From positions 339,946,001 through 340,010,000 of the forward strand of contig OZ024742.1 in assembly GCA_964016885.1 (NCBI GenBank): DNA of 64,000 bases, in the 5' to 3' direction. Both the position numbers and the translations under genes were made by a program. The notes beneath the pieces were generated by a model. It was not told the DNA's origin. It saw only the letters and a list, made by a program, of their open reading frames with translations, and did no database searches. Each line of letters opens with the position of its first letter. The stretch's first letter is position 1. Positions 31,672 through 44,677 of the stretch are shown in pieces. The DNA is from Eledone cirrhosa. Lineage: Eukaryota.

Positions 31672-32859
31672 GTATATGTGTCTGCGCGCGCGTGTGTGTA
31701 TGCCTGTGTGTGTCAATACGTATGTGTATGTGTGTATGTCAGTGTATGTGTGTGTGTATGTCAGTCTATGTCAGTGTGTATGTGTGAATGTGTGTATGTC
31801 AGTGTGTATGTGTGTATGTCAGTGTGTGTATGTGTATGCCAGTGTATGTAGAGCTACCGAACTCTAGAGCCAGTCTCATTAGTATCCCAAGCACAGCCAC
31901 AATATAGGGCTGTGTAGCAATTTCACAATTTAGACATGCATAGAATAATATTTAAACTTTGTCGAGGACATATTTCTCATAACACATATGTTGTTCTCTT
32001 GTAGTATTGTTATTACAATATTGATGATACTGTTGTTGTTGTTACTGGAGGTGGTGGTGTTGGTAGTGGTGGTGGTGGTGGTTGGGTGGGTGGGGGTTTG
32101 TGATGGTGTTGCTGGTGTTGGTGGCGATGGTTTTATTATTGTTGTTACTGGTGATATTGATGGCGGTGGTGGTGGTGGTGGTGAATGTGAGGGTGTTGGT
32201 TTTATTGCTGTTATTGTTGGTGGTGGTGCTCATTTCTTGGTGGGTTTGATGGTGGTGGTGGTGGTGGTAATGGTGTTGATGGTGCTTTTATTGTTGCTGT
32301 TGTTGTTGTTGTTGTTGCTGCTTGTGGTGGTGGTTTTGGTGTTGATGGTGTTGTTATTGCTGTTGTTGTGGGTGGTTGTGGTGTTCCTCTTCCTTCTCCT
32401 ACTCCGCTTCCTCTTCCTCCTCCTCCTCATCATCATGATCATCATAACCATCACAAGCAGCATCACCACTGCCATTATCATCATCATCAACATATTCATT
32501 CTCACCACCACCACAACCACCATCATCACCATCACCACCACCACCACCACCACCACCACCATCACCACCACCACCAGCATCATCATCACCACCACCACCA
32601 CCACCACCACCACCATATTTGTTTCCGACGCTCATGTATCATTTATAAATAAACTATTTAGTTCAATCTACACCGCCCTCTAGTGTAAAAAACAACAAAC
32701 CTTTCAACGACTCCATATTAAATATTCACGGCACCCTCCTACCCCCCCTTCTTCGTCTTTCTTTCCTCCCTCTATCCCTCTCACTATATCTCTGTCTCTC
32801 CTCCTCTCTCTCACACCACAGCCTTCATACACAGTATTCATGCCTGTGCTTTGACGCAT

Positions 32860-33001
32860 AGAGTTACGCCCCTTGCCATTCTAGGTTCAAATCCCGCCGA
32901 GGTTAACTTTGCCTTTCATTCTTACGGGTTCGATAAAATAAAGTACCAGTAATACACTGGGATAATTGCTGGCCTTGTGCCAAACGTAGAAACAATTATT
33001 A
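32860..33001 (+). mobile_element. tRNA-derived SINE (a more diverged relative lies at about 33195-33350)
   Basis: GGTTCAAATCCCGCCGAGGTTAACTTTGCCTTTCAT body. Confidence 0.85.
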
Positions 33002-33113
33002 GGCAGGGATCTTGAATTCCAGAAAAATATTAGATCCCAAAAATATGTTCTTAGAGAAGTGTAGAAACAATTATTATGAGAAAGGCATAATTGGTGGAGC
33101 GTCGAACAAAATG

Positions 33114-33144
<31 letters not shown>

Positions 33145-33463
33145 CTTCTTCTTCTATCCAAAATGTTTTGTGGTGTTTAACATGTTTCTACGTTCTGTGT
33201 TCAAGTCCCGCCGTTGTTATTTTTACCTCTCATCCTTCCGTGGTCGATAATATAAACTATCATTTAAATACAGAGATCGATTTAATTGACTTACCACACA
33301 CACACACCGCTTCAAGTTGCTGCCCTTGGGCCAAAAAGTAGGAACTATAATTATATAAATGTATAAATTATATAATTATATAAGTCTTGTTGGTTAGAGT
33401 GCTGTTCGATTCCCGAAACAAGCCGTCGTTGTGTCCTGGCACAAGACACTATTTCAATCTACT

Positions 33464-33500
<37 letters not shown>

Positions 33501-33622
33501 CAAACATATATATATATCTGCTATATATATATATATGTATATATATACATACAAACATATATATATATCTGCTATATATATATATATGTATATATATACA
33601 TACAAACATATATATATATGTG

Positions 33623-33689
<67 letters not shown>

Positions 33690-33754
33690 CAAACATATAT
33701 ATATATATATACATACAAACATATATATATATATGCTATATATATATATATATA

Positions 33755-33878
33755 TAGGAACGAGTAGGACCCCGACGGCTGAGCTCAAGCCGTTTCGACG
33801 GCTAATTCTGGACTCCAGAATTAGCCGTCGAAACGGCTTGAGCTCAGCCGTCGGGGTCCTACTCGTTCCTATTACCCC
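33755..33878. mobile_element. GC-rich perfect palindrome carrying HHR 3' halves
   Basis: Perfect inverted arms 33755-33871; GAAA CGGCT TGAGCTC AGCCG TC forms stem III plus GUC. Copies at 53607, 53698-53875, 60101-60200 and 63424-63575. Confidence 0.8.
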
Positions 33879-33895
33879 ATATATATATATATATA

Positions 33896-34062
33896 TGTAA
33901 AAGGTAAACAGACATAACAACACAATCGGTACAGTATATGGAAGAGATATATTAGGTTAACGCTTGATATAGCAGGAAGAGGGTCTTAAAAGTTTCAGAC
34001 ACTAGTCCTTCATCAGAAGAAAGAATGACAAATAGAGATAGATTGAGGGGACGGGCGGGTTG
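33896..34062 (-). mobile_element. Solo PLE terminal repeat with decayed HHR (33984-34020)
   Basis: Third copy of the 29461/31258 repeat. Confidence 0.85.
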
Positions 34063-34111
34063 GAATATATATATATATATATATGTGTGTGTGTCTGTGT
34101 ATATATATATA

Positions 34112-34182
<71 letters not shown>

Positions 34183-34187
<5 letters not shown>

Positions 34188-34880
34188 GGCGTTGCACGGG
34201 TAAGAACATTGGTAATAGCACCTCCAATGAGAAACGTTTATTTGTGACTGCCTGTTAAAAACTCACGAAAATATACCGACAGGAAACTTGTTTTATTTGG
34301 AGAAAATTAAGAAGTTGAAAGTACAGTTTAGCTGTCTACGTGCATTGTTCATAGAAATATTGTTGACCCCCCCCCCCCCTCTCTTCATACTCCTCTGTTT
34401 TGGCCTATTGGAGTAAATGTGAAAGAGAAAGTCACAGGTTAAGTTGGCAGAAGGTTCCAGTGCAATAGCAATAAGGCGTAGGCTACTTACCTCAAAAGTT
34501 CATTCGCATCTTTCCACTAAGTTACTCTTTCTCTCTATCCCTCTCGGTGTAGTCCCTTGCGAATTTCTCGCGTAAGCCTGGTGTAGATTTGGACCCGATC
34601 TATCTGCCAGATGCACATGTCGGCTTTGTACGGCTTTTGGAGGAAGGAGTGACCAGCAGTACGTTGTTCGGTATTATTACGAAAAGTTGTAGCAGAGAAT
34701 CCCGCGTGAACTAACAGCTCGGGAGGAAACTGCTTACCTCGAAGATTCATTCGCCATCGTTCTTGTCAACGCTCCGTTTAGTTGGTATTTGTTGGTCTAC
34801 AGTTAGATGAATGGCGCACAAAGTCTTAATGTTTATTGGCAAACATTTTTAAAAATAATAAAAGACGGGTTAAAGCGACC
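34183..34880 (+). mobile_element. Possible non-autonomous Helitron/Helentron-like element
   Basis: Begins ATCCCGGCGTTGCACGGG, a subterminal hairpin motif recalled from such elements. The 3' boundary is uncertain. Confidence 0.3.
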
Positions 34881-34888
34881 TACAATGT

Positions 34889-34944
<56 letters not shown>

Positions 34945-34945
<1 letters not shown>

Positions 34946-35277
34946 CTGATTAATGTTCAGAGCCATCCTTAGCATTCTCGTGTAGCACTCATCCACCATA
35001 TGAGTGAGTTTCTTAGTCAGTGTCCAAGTCTTAGACCCGTACAACAGCACAGACTCCACTTCAGCAACGAAGAGTGACACAGAGGAGATTGAGGTTAGCT
35101 GGACATGCTCACCAACATCCAGAGTTGACACTGCATTCAGTGCTCCTGTGGGAGCCCCTGCATGGACACACTCGAAGAGGAAGACCGAGGTTAACATATG
35201 TTGATGCCCTAAGGACAGACACTGGTCTGTTGGAGGCGCAGGACATAGCAGCGATAATGAGGGACAGAGACAGCTAG
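34945..35277. mobile_element. RTE-clade LINE 3' fragment with 5' inversion
   Basis: - strand 34945-35068 reads ESVLLYGSKTWTLTKKL...YTRMLRMALNI. + strand 35072-35277 reads RRLRLAGH...LLWEP.HG..RRGRPRLTYVD.LRTDTGL...MRDRD. Confidence 0.85.
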
Positions 35278-35392
35278 ATAGATAGATATATAGATTTTTA
35301 TGTGTATATTTATATATGTGTATATATATATATGTGTGTGTATGTGTTTGTATATGTATATATATGTATGTGTATATATGCGTGTGTATATG

Positions 35393-35453
<61 letters not shown>

Positions 35454-35491
35454 ATATGTATATATATATGTATATATATATATATATATAT

Positions 35492-35986
35492 AAGTATGTA
35501 TGTATACGTACATACATATATGCATACACACGTACAGTAGCATGTATATATATATATATATATACATACATACAGGCACACATATATATATGTACGTATC
35601 AGTTTAGCGAACATTTATTATAATGCTCGCTTTGTCCGTTTGTAAACAAACGGACAGCCTGATTTATGCCGTACGGTGTTAAGGCAACCACGTCACCCTT
35701 TTGTTCAACACTGACACAGGAACGATGCAAATTAGGCTGCTCAGCCGTTAATTTTCATAAGGAAAGTATATACTTTCGAACGTTCAACCATCTGGCAGAA
35801 GGGTATACGGTGCTGACGATAGCTAACAAGCTTGAAACTAGTACATCGTTCCTGTGTCAGTGTTGAACAAAAAGGTGACGTGGTTGCCTTAACACCGTAC
35901 TGCATAATACGTACATATATATGTGTGTACGTACATATATATGTGTGTACACATATATATGATACGTACATATATATGTGTGCCTG

Positions 35987-36077
<91 letters not shown>

Positions 36078-36190
36078 GCTACTGTATGTCTGTATGCATA
36101 TATGTATGTACTTATACATACATACTTGCATTTAAGTAAGTGCCGTACTAAGAGTGAGAAATGAAATTTCATTTCATTCTATTCCATTTT
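35492..36190. mobile_element. Large asymmetric palindromic element with an intact HHR (35808-35848 +)
   Basis: Inner arms 35664-35730 / 35843-35908, outer microsatellite-like arms also inverted. CGGTG CTGACGA TAGCT AACA AGCTT GAAA CTAG TA CATCG. The tail 36125-36190 recurs inverted at 10188-10275. Confidence 0.8.
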
Positions 36191-36329
36191 ATATATATAT
36201 ATCTATATATATATATATATGTGTAGATGTATATATACATGCGCGTCGTCAGTAATGTTGTGTTCGTCAGAATGTCGTTATGCAGACATACAGACATACA
36301 GACAGATATTATAAGGGCGCGGCGGAGAT

Positions 36330-36520
36330 CGATAACCGGCGGCTAACACCCCTTTAACAACAGAAATTGAAAAATAAAAGCTGCAATTAATATCTCTAGA
36401 CCGCAAGGAATATATAAATGCAAGTTTGAAGTCAATCGGAGTAGAAATGTGGATTTGTATAGACTTTGACAATGAAGACACACAGACAGACAGCTCCAGT
36501 TTTATATATATGTATAGATA
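36330..36520 (+). mobile_element. Possible 3' end of a Helentron-associated non-autonomous element
   Basis: GCAAGTTTGAAGTCAATCGG...GTGGATTTGTATAG...(ACAG)n...TTTTATATATA layout resembles such termini (recalled). Confidence 0.35.
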
Positions 36521-37635
36521 CTCTATTGAGTATATATATGAGTTACGGCCACACTGGTGTTAAAGTATAGCAACCTTTGCCTTTCCTTTGGACAAAATCA
36601 ATGTTGTGAAGAGAGTACTGCATAGTTGACTGTTGGTCTTCTTCGAAACACCCTGCCCAATAATAAAGGAAAACCACGTTACCTCTTCTTCTTCTTCTTC
36701 TTCTTCTTCTTCTTCTTCTTCTTCTTCTTCTTCTTCACCCACTTATTCCTGAGAGGGTTATGGGGGCTGTTTTATTAAGCAAGACGTTTCAATTCATGTT
36801 GCCACCTTTGATAGGACTTAGGTCCCTACCAAGAAAGTACACGAGAAACATCCTATGTGATGTAATCTCGTAGGAGGCCAGTAAAGCTGTCAATTTCATT
36901 TCTTTGTTTTATCTGGTGGACAATAGAACCAGCGGAGTCAACTCTGGATTCTATTGAGGCTAAGTGGAGGGAATCATGATGAAGGTTTTGAACCAATTTT
37001 TGATGTCGGTGAGGGGAGGGGAGTCAGCCCACTTCTTCTTTCGTGCTTTTATGATTTTTGAGGCACATGCTATCACACATAAAACGGGTCTAGCTATTAA
37101 CAAAATGCATCGTGGGAAATCTACCAGCTTCTTCCCCTTAAAATGTAAGGCAGACTAGTTCTTTCCCTTGCTTGGTTACTGTAGAAGTTACGTGATTTTA
37201 AGAGGGTTGTGAATAAGGTTGTTTTTTTATTTGAACCAGGTCCGTGTGGACATCTTCAAGTACCACCTAGAGAGGAAGGGGATCAAAAAGTTAAGGTAGT
37301 TAGCGTCCAATGGGCTTAAAGGAATGTGGGTTAGGATTAGGGTTAGGGTTAGTTTTAGGTGATTGAGTTACAGAGTTAGTTTAAATATTTCGGGATTTTT
37401 TCTGGCTCATTGCGGTTTGAGTTCTATGCTGCCAAAGTCAACATTGCCTTTCATCCTTTCGGAGAAAATAAAAACCAATACAAGGGCAATGGTTTAGAAG
37501 AATTGTTAGTGGGCTGCTTTCTTATCGGGTTCTGTACACTGTGAGGAAGATAGTATCAGCAATTGAAAGACAAAGGAAACGTTTCCTCTGCTTTCTTTTT
37601 ATCACACACACACACACACACGCACAAACGCAGAA

Positions 37636-37666
<31 letters not shown>

Positions 37667-37716
37667 TACATATATACGCGTGCGCCCACAAACAGACAGA
37701 CACAGACATATATATA

Positions 37717-38945
37717 CAGGGTTTGGACAACATAATGGAATCACCTAGAATCATAGCATCATAATTTTGAAATATCTATAAAACCGTCAAAAGCTTGTTT
37801 ATTTTTATGTTTGTTGATTTATTATTAGTGTTGATTAATATGTTTTGTTAAAATTGCTGTTTCTTTTCAGATATCATCAGAAAAAAGTAATTAAAATTCA
37901 TTAAAATGACAGATCTATCGGACTTTCAAAGAGGTCAAATTGTTGGTGTTCGTATGGCAGGCGCTAGCGTAACGAAAACAGCCGAAATGTGTGAAAGAGG
38001 GAAAAACCTCCTCGTCGAAACAAAACTCCGGAAGAAAACCAAAACTTTCAGATAGGGGCCGTCGGACTCATACGCGAATTGTTAGAAAGGATCACAAAAG
38101 TACAGCTCCCAAAATTACTGCAGAGCTTAATGACCACCTCGAGAACCCAGTTTCCACAAAAACTGTTCGCCGGGAGCTGTATAAATCCATTTCACGGGAG
38201 GGCTGCAATCATGAAACCACTACTTTCAAAAACAAACGTTGCAAATCGTTTAGAGTGGAGTAAAAAACCTACATAATTGGTCCCTAGAGCAGTGGAAGAA
38301 TGTTATTTTCTCGGACAAGTCATCCTTTACCTTATTTCCGACCACCGGCCGAGTATACGTGTGGAGACAGCCAAAAGAAACATTTGACCCAGACTGCCTT
38401 CTTCCAACTGTTAAACATTGAGGAGGATCTGTGATGATCTGGCGGGGCTATATCTTGGAAATCCGCCGGCCCAATTGTTTCCCTTCATGGTAGAATTAAT
38501 AGTCAAGACTATTAAAGCATTTTATCTGATCAAATTCATCCTATGGTTGCGGAACTGTTTCCGGAGGGAAACGCAATCTTTCAGGATGATAATGCACCAA
38601 TTCACACAGCTAAAGTTGTTACTGAATGGCACGAGGAACATTCTAGTGAAGTTGAACATCTTATCTGGACACCAGCGTCCCCAGATCTCAATATTATTGA
38701 ACATTTATGGTGCATTTTAGAAAAACAAGTAAGGAGTTGATATCCTCCACCATCATCACTACAAGAACTGGATACTGTTTTAGCTGAAGAATGGACAAAA
38801 ATTCCTTTGGAAACAATTCAAACTTTGTACGAGTCCATACCTCGTAGAATTCAAGCTGTAATTACTGCCAAAGGCAGTCCTACCCCATATTAAAATAAAT
38901 TTGTTTGAAATTTTCAGGTGTTTCCATCATTTTGTCCAACCCCTG
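37717..38945 (+). mobile_element. Tc1-like DNA transposon, near full-length, defective
   Basis: TIRs CAGGGTTTGGACAACATAATGGAATCACCT / AGGTGTTTCCATCATTTTGTCCAACCCCTG with TA on both sides. Confidence 0.95.
37906..38893 (+). pseudogene. Tc1-family DDE transposase pseudogene (DD36E spacing)
   Basis: MTDLSDFQRGQIVG, SGRKPKLS, VIFSD, FQDDNAPIH and SPDLNIIEHLW motifs, with several frameshifts and stops. Confidence 0.93.
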
Positions 38946-39245
38946 TATGTATTTGAAAATAAACTATCGGAGTGTTAAATTTATTGAAGTTCTTATAACA
39001 GTTAGAAATCTCAAAAGCCGTAAATAACTGTAAACGCAGTCGATTGCAATAGATAACAGCTCAGAAAATCGACTAAAACCCCCAATATTCAGAAAATATA
39101 GTCAGCAGACGCGAGGAAGAATCGAACTTCGTATCTTTTAGTTACCGACTGTGTTTATAGTTAATTTCTGCGTTTAAGATTTCTACATTTCTCTAAGGAC
39201 ATATATTTGGGATCTAATATTTTTGTGGAATTGAAGATCCCTGCC

Positions 39246-39442
39246 TAATAATTGTTTCTATTTTTGTTTTGGCACAAGACCAGCAATTATCCAGTACGTT
39301 ACTGGTACTTTATTTATCGACCCCGTAAGGATGAAAAGCAAAGTTAACCTCGACGAGATTTGAACTCAGACCGTAAAGGGACGTAACTATGGTAGAAAGC
39401 ATGGCGTACAACACTCTACCGATACTGCCAATTCACCGCCCT
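39246..39442 (-). mobile_element. tRNA-derived SINE, full length
   Basis: Reverse complement of the family consensus including the head. Confidence 0.9.
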
Positions 39443-39498
39443 TCAAGATATGTATATGTAAATCTTTATGTATATGTAATCCTTATGTATATGTAAAT

Positions 39499-39543
<45 letters not shown>

Positions 39544-39578
39544 CATACATACACATATACATACATACACATATACGC

Positions 39579-39688
<110 letters not shown>

Positions 39689-39715
39689 TATATATATATA
39701 TATACATATATATAT

Positions 39716-39990
39716 ATCGTTATACTTTGGGAATGTAATACTGTCAATGAAAACACACGCACCTGTTTGTTTTAAATTTAATTTATTACAAATTTCCTGT
39801 GGGTTGGTTTAATAACCAGCTCGTTATTTATTTATTGTCAAAGCTCTTTCGTCACATATTCTGTGACCTCCTCGCTAACCAATATGTTATTGTGTATCTC
39901 TCTTTTGTTCTGTCCTACACCATCTTGTTTTGTTAGTTGTGTCACAATACACAAAAATAAGATGACTCACAGATAAAGAGATAGACAGAG
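39716..39990 (-). mobile_element. Diverged copy of the 24790 family with decayed HHR (39837-39878); other relatives at about 26125-26300 and 55260-55505
   Basis: GTTATACTTTGGGA...AAACACACGCACC...GTCAAAGCTCTTTCGTCACATATTCTGTGACCTC...CTGTCCTACACCATCTTG. Confidence 0.75.
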
Positions 39991-40121
39991 AGGTAGACAT
40001 ATAGATAGACAAATGAAGTCTGTGAGAATCTCCGAAGTTTGATGAACTATCGATTCCAGTGTCGGATCGATACCTTGAGCTGATCGATCGCGAAACGCGC
40101 GTCACATGTGAATAAACATAA

Positions 40122-40465
40122 GTGTTTCTACTTTTGACACTAGGCCAGCAATTATCACAGTGTATTACTGGTACTTTACTTTATCGACCCCGTAAGGAGG
40201 AAAGGCAAAGTTAACCTCGGCGGGATTTGAACTCAGACCATAAATGGAGGTAATACTTCGTTCTTCGTTCCTTATTATTACCGGTAGTATCGGTAGAGCA
40301 TCGGGTAACATGCTTTGCAGCGTAGAGTTACGGCCCTTTATGATCTGAGTTCAAATACCGCTGAGGTTAACTTTGCCTTTCATCCTTACGGGGTCGATAA
40401 AATAAAGTACCAGTAATACACTGGGATAATTGCTGGCCTTGTGCCAATAGTAGAAACAATTATTA
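40122..40465. mobile_element. Two SINE copies head-to-head (40122-40255 -, 40282-40465 +)
   Basis: Family body present in both orientations, about 25 bp apart. Confidence 0.88.
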
Positions 40466-40656
40466 GTATTATTAACACACTGTTCCGACTATGGCAGAAT
40501 ACCAAACGTAGAATACCACATTGGCATTGACTGCTCAAACATATGAACCAATAGTAACTAGACGTTATCTATATATATATATATATATATAAATCACTGC
40601 CAATACTGGAATTGAATATCAAGACCGTTGAGGTATGTCATACCTCAATTGATGTA

Positions 40657-40719
40657 TTTTATCTGACGAGGACGTACTGAAAAAAACAGTACAGTACCTT
40701 CGAAATATATATAATAAAA
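40657..40719 (+). ncRNA. Type I hammerhead motif
   Basis: TTTTAT CTGACGA, irregular stem II GTACTG/CAGTAC, GAAA TATATA TA ATAAAA; same stem I as 5669. Confidence 0.6.
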
Positions 40720-40876
40720 CATTTGTTTTGATTATTTGAATGTCTTCATTTTTTATTATTCTGAATAATAATAAGTCCAGAAAAATTTTACTGTAGAGTG
40801 CTTTTAATCTATTGTAAAACTATATTCATTGAGTAATCAATGAACCATATTAATCTTTGGTATACACACACACACA

Positions 40877-40974
<98 letters not shown>

Positions 40975-41083
40975 TGCTCCTTCTACCTGGACATGCGAAC
41001 GATAGATAGTACTAGCAATTGGAAAGACCAACGGAAACATTGTTTCCTCGGTCCGATTTGACGAAAGTCGATCGATCCTTTTA

Positions 41084-41119
<36 letters not shown>

Positions 41120-41139
41120 AATATATATATATATAAATA

Positions 41140-41265
41140 TGATAATGGTTTCTCCCAAATTAAACAGTTCTAGTCTTGTAGAAGCCATTTCTATATTAAA
41201 TATTTATACTATGCTTTGTATTGAGTACCTTACTTATTGTGGTTACCCCCAATTGAACCCGGGAC
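41140..41265 (+). mobile_element. Single-arm copy of the 15113 family (another at 53296-53416)
   Basis: AAACAGTTCTAGTC(T/C)TGTAGAAGCCATTTCTATATTAAA...TTGAGTAC...TTGAACCCGGG. Confidence 0.8.
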
Positions 41266-41275
41266 AAACACACAG

Positions 41276-41329
<54 letters not shown>

Positions 41330-41428
41330 GTATATATATAGTATATATATATATGTACACACACACACATAGACACAGACAGACAGCCAGACAGACAGAC
41401 ACACACACACACACGCATGCACACACAC

Positions 41429-41487
<59 letters not shown>

Positions 41488-41724
41488 CAGTATATATATG
41501 TATATAAGGCATGCAGGCAGGGACATGACTTGCACCCGGAAGGCTAAAGCAATCTATAAAATATAATGAAGAAAAATAATTAAATAAATGAATGTTTATG
41601 TTTATGTTTATGTATATATGTACTTATATGGGCATGTGTGTGTGTGTGTTTATGTATATGTACTTATATGGGCATGTGTGTGTGTGTTTATGCATGTGTA
41701 CTTATATGGGCATGTGTGTGTGTG

Positions 41725-41782
<58 letters not shown>

Positions 41783-41835
41783 GGATAATTATACTTACAG
41801 AAAGATAAAAAGATCGACAGGCAGGCAGTGAGACT

Positions 41836-44676
41836 TGTTGACTGGTAGACTGACAGATAGACTGACTGGTAGACTTGACAGATAGACTGACAGGTAGACT
41901 GACAGATAGACTGACTGGTAGACTGACAGATAGACTGACAGATAGACTGACAGATAGACTGACTGGTAGACTGACAGATAGACTGACAGATAGACTGACA
42001 GATAGACTGGCAGATAGACTGACAGATAGACTGACTGGTAGACTTGACAGATAGACTGACAGGTAGACTGACAGATAGACTGACTGGTAGACTGACAGAT
42101 AGACTGACAGATAGACTGACAGATAGACTGACAGATAGACTGACTGGTAGACTTGACAGATAGACTGACAGGTAGACTGACAGATAGACTGACTGGTAGA
42201 CTGACAGATAGACTGACAGATAGACTGACAGATAGACTGGCAGATAGACTGACAGATAGACTGACTGGTAGACTTGACAGATAGACTGACAGGTAGACTG
42301 ACAGATAGACTGACTGGTAGACTGACAGATAGACTGACAGATAGACTGACAGATAGACTGACAGATAGACTGACTGGTAGACTTGACAGATAGACTGACA
42401 GGTAGACTGACAGATAGACTGACTGGTAGACTGACAGATAGACTGACAGATAGACTGACAGATAGACTGGCAGATAGACTGACAGATAGACTGACTGGTA
42501 GACTTGACAGATAGACTGACAGGTAGACTGACAGATAGACTGACTGGTAGACTGACAGATAGACTGACAGATAGACTGACAGATAGACTGACAGATAGAC
42601 TGACTGGTAGACTTGACAGATAGACTGACAGGTAGACTGACAGATAGACTGACTGGTAGACTGACAGATAGACTGACAGATAGACTGACAGATAGACTGG
42701 CAGATAGACTGACAGATAGACTGGCAGATAGACTGACTGGTAGACTGACAGATTGACTGACTGGTAGACTGACTGACAGACTGGCAGATAGACTGACAGA
42801 TAGACTGACTGGTAGACTGACTGGTAGACTGACAGATTGACTGACTGGTAGACTGACTGACAGACTGGCAGATAGACTGACAGATAGACTGACAGATTGA
42901 CTGGCAGATAGACTGACAGATAGACTGACAGATAGACTGACAGATTGACTGACAGATAGACTGACTGACAGACTGGCAGATAGACTGACAGATAGACTGA
43001 CAGATTGACTGACTGACAGATAGACTGACAGATAGACTGACAGACAGACTGGCAGATTGACTGACAGATAGACTGACAGGTAGACTGACAGATAGACTGA
43101 CAGATAGACTGACAGATAGACTGACTGGTAGACTGACAGATAGACTGACAAATAGACTGGCAGATAGACTGACAAATAGACTGATAGATAGACTGACAGA
43201 TAGACTGACAGATAAACTGACTGGTAGACTGATAGATAGACTGGCAGATAGACTGACAGATAGACTGACAGGTAGACTGGCAGATAGACTGGCAGATAGA
43301 CTGACAAATAGACTGGCAGATAGACTGACAGTTAGACTGACAGAGAGACTGACAGATAGACTGACAAATAGACTGGCAGATAGACTGACTGGTAGACTGA
43401 CAGATAGACTGACAGATTGACTGGCAGATAGACTGACAAATAGACTGGCAGATAGACTGACAAATAGACTGGCAGATAGACTGACAGATAGACTGACAGA
43501 TAGACTGACAAATAGACTGACAGATAGACTGACAGATAGACTGACAAATAGACTGGCAGATAGACTGGCAGATAGACTGACAGATAGACTGACAGATAGA
43601 CTGACAGATAGACTGACAGATAGACTGACAGATAGACTGACAGATAGACTGACAAATAGACTGGCAGATAGACTGGCAGATAGACTGACAGATAGACTGA
43701 CAGATAGACTGACTGGTAGACTGACAGATAGACTGACAGATAGACTGACAGATAGACTGACAGATAGACTGACAAATAGACTGACAGATAGACTGGCAGA
43801 TAGACTGACAGATAGACTGACAGATAGACTGACAAATAGACTGACAGATAGACTGACAGATAGACTGACAAATAGACTGGCAGATAGACTGGCAGATAGA
43901 CTGACAGATAGACTGACAGATAGACTGACTGGTAGACTGACAGATAGACTGATAGATAGACTGACTGGTAGACTGACAGATAGACTGACAGATTGACTGG
44001 CAGATAGACTGACAAATAGACTGGCAGATAGACTGACAGATAGACTGACAGATAGACTGACAGATTGACTGGCAGATAGACTGACAAATAGACTGGCAGA
44101 TAGACTGACAGATAGACTGACAAATAGACTGGCAGATAGACTGACAGATAGACTGACAAATAGACTGGCAGATAGACTGACAGATAGACTGACAGATAGA
44201 CTGGCAGATAGACTGGCAGATAGACTGACTGGTAGAGTGACAGATAGACTGACAAATAGACTGACAGATAGACTGACAGATAGACTGACAGATAGACTGA
44301 TAGATAGACTGACTGGTAGACTGACAGATAGACTGACAGATTGACTGACAGATAGACTGGCAGATAGACTGGCAGATAGACTGGCAGATAGACTGACAAA
44401 TAGACTGGCAGATAGACTGACAGATAGACTGACAGATAGACTGATAGATAGACTGACTGGTAGACTGACAGATAGACTGACAAATAGACTGACAGATAGA
44501 CTGACAGATTGACTGGCAGATAGACTGGCAGATAGACTGGCAGATAGACTGACAAATAGACTGGCAGATAGACTGACAGATAGACTGACAGATAGACTGA
44601 TAGATAGACTGACTGGTAGACTGACAGATAGACTGACAGATTGACTGACAGATAGACTGACAGATAGACTGATAGA
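41836..44676. repeat. 12-bp satellite GACTGACAGATA and variants, left array
   Basis: Direct reading; 230-bp higher-order period in 42041-42700. Confidence 0.97.
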
Positions 44677-44677
44677 T

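Noticed and set aside
36850-37320. Possible LINE ORF remnant on the - strand
   Set aside because: Only vague similarity, with several stops and no diagnostic motif.
37328-37352. TTAGGG telomeric repeats
   Set aside because: Only about 3 imperfect units; too short to call an interstitial telomere.
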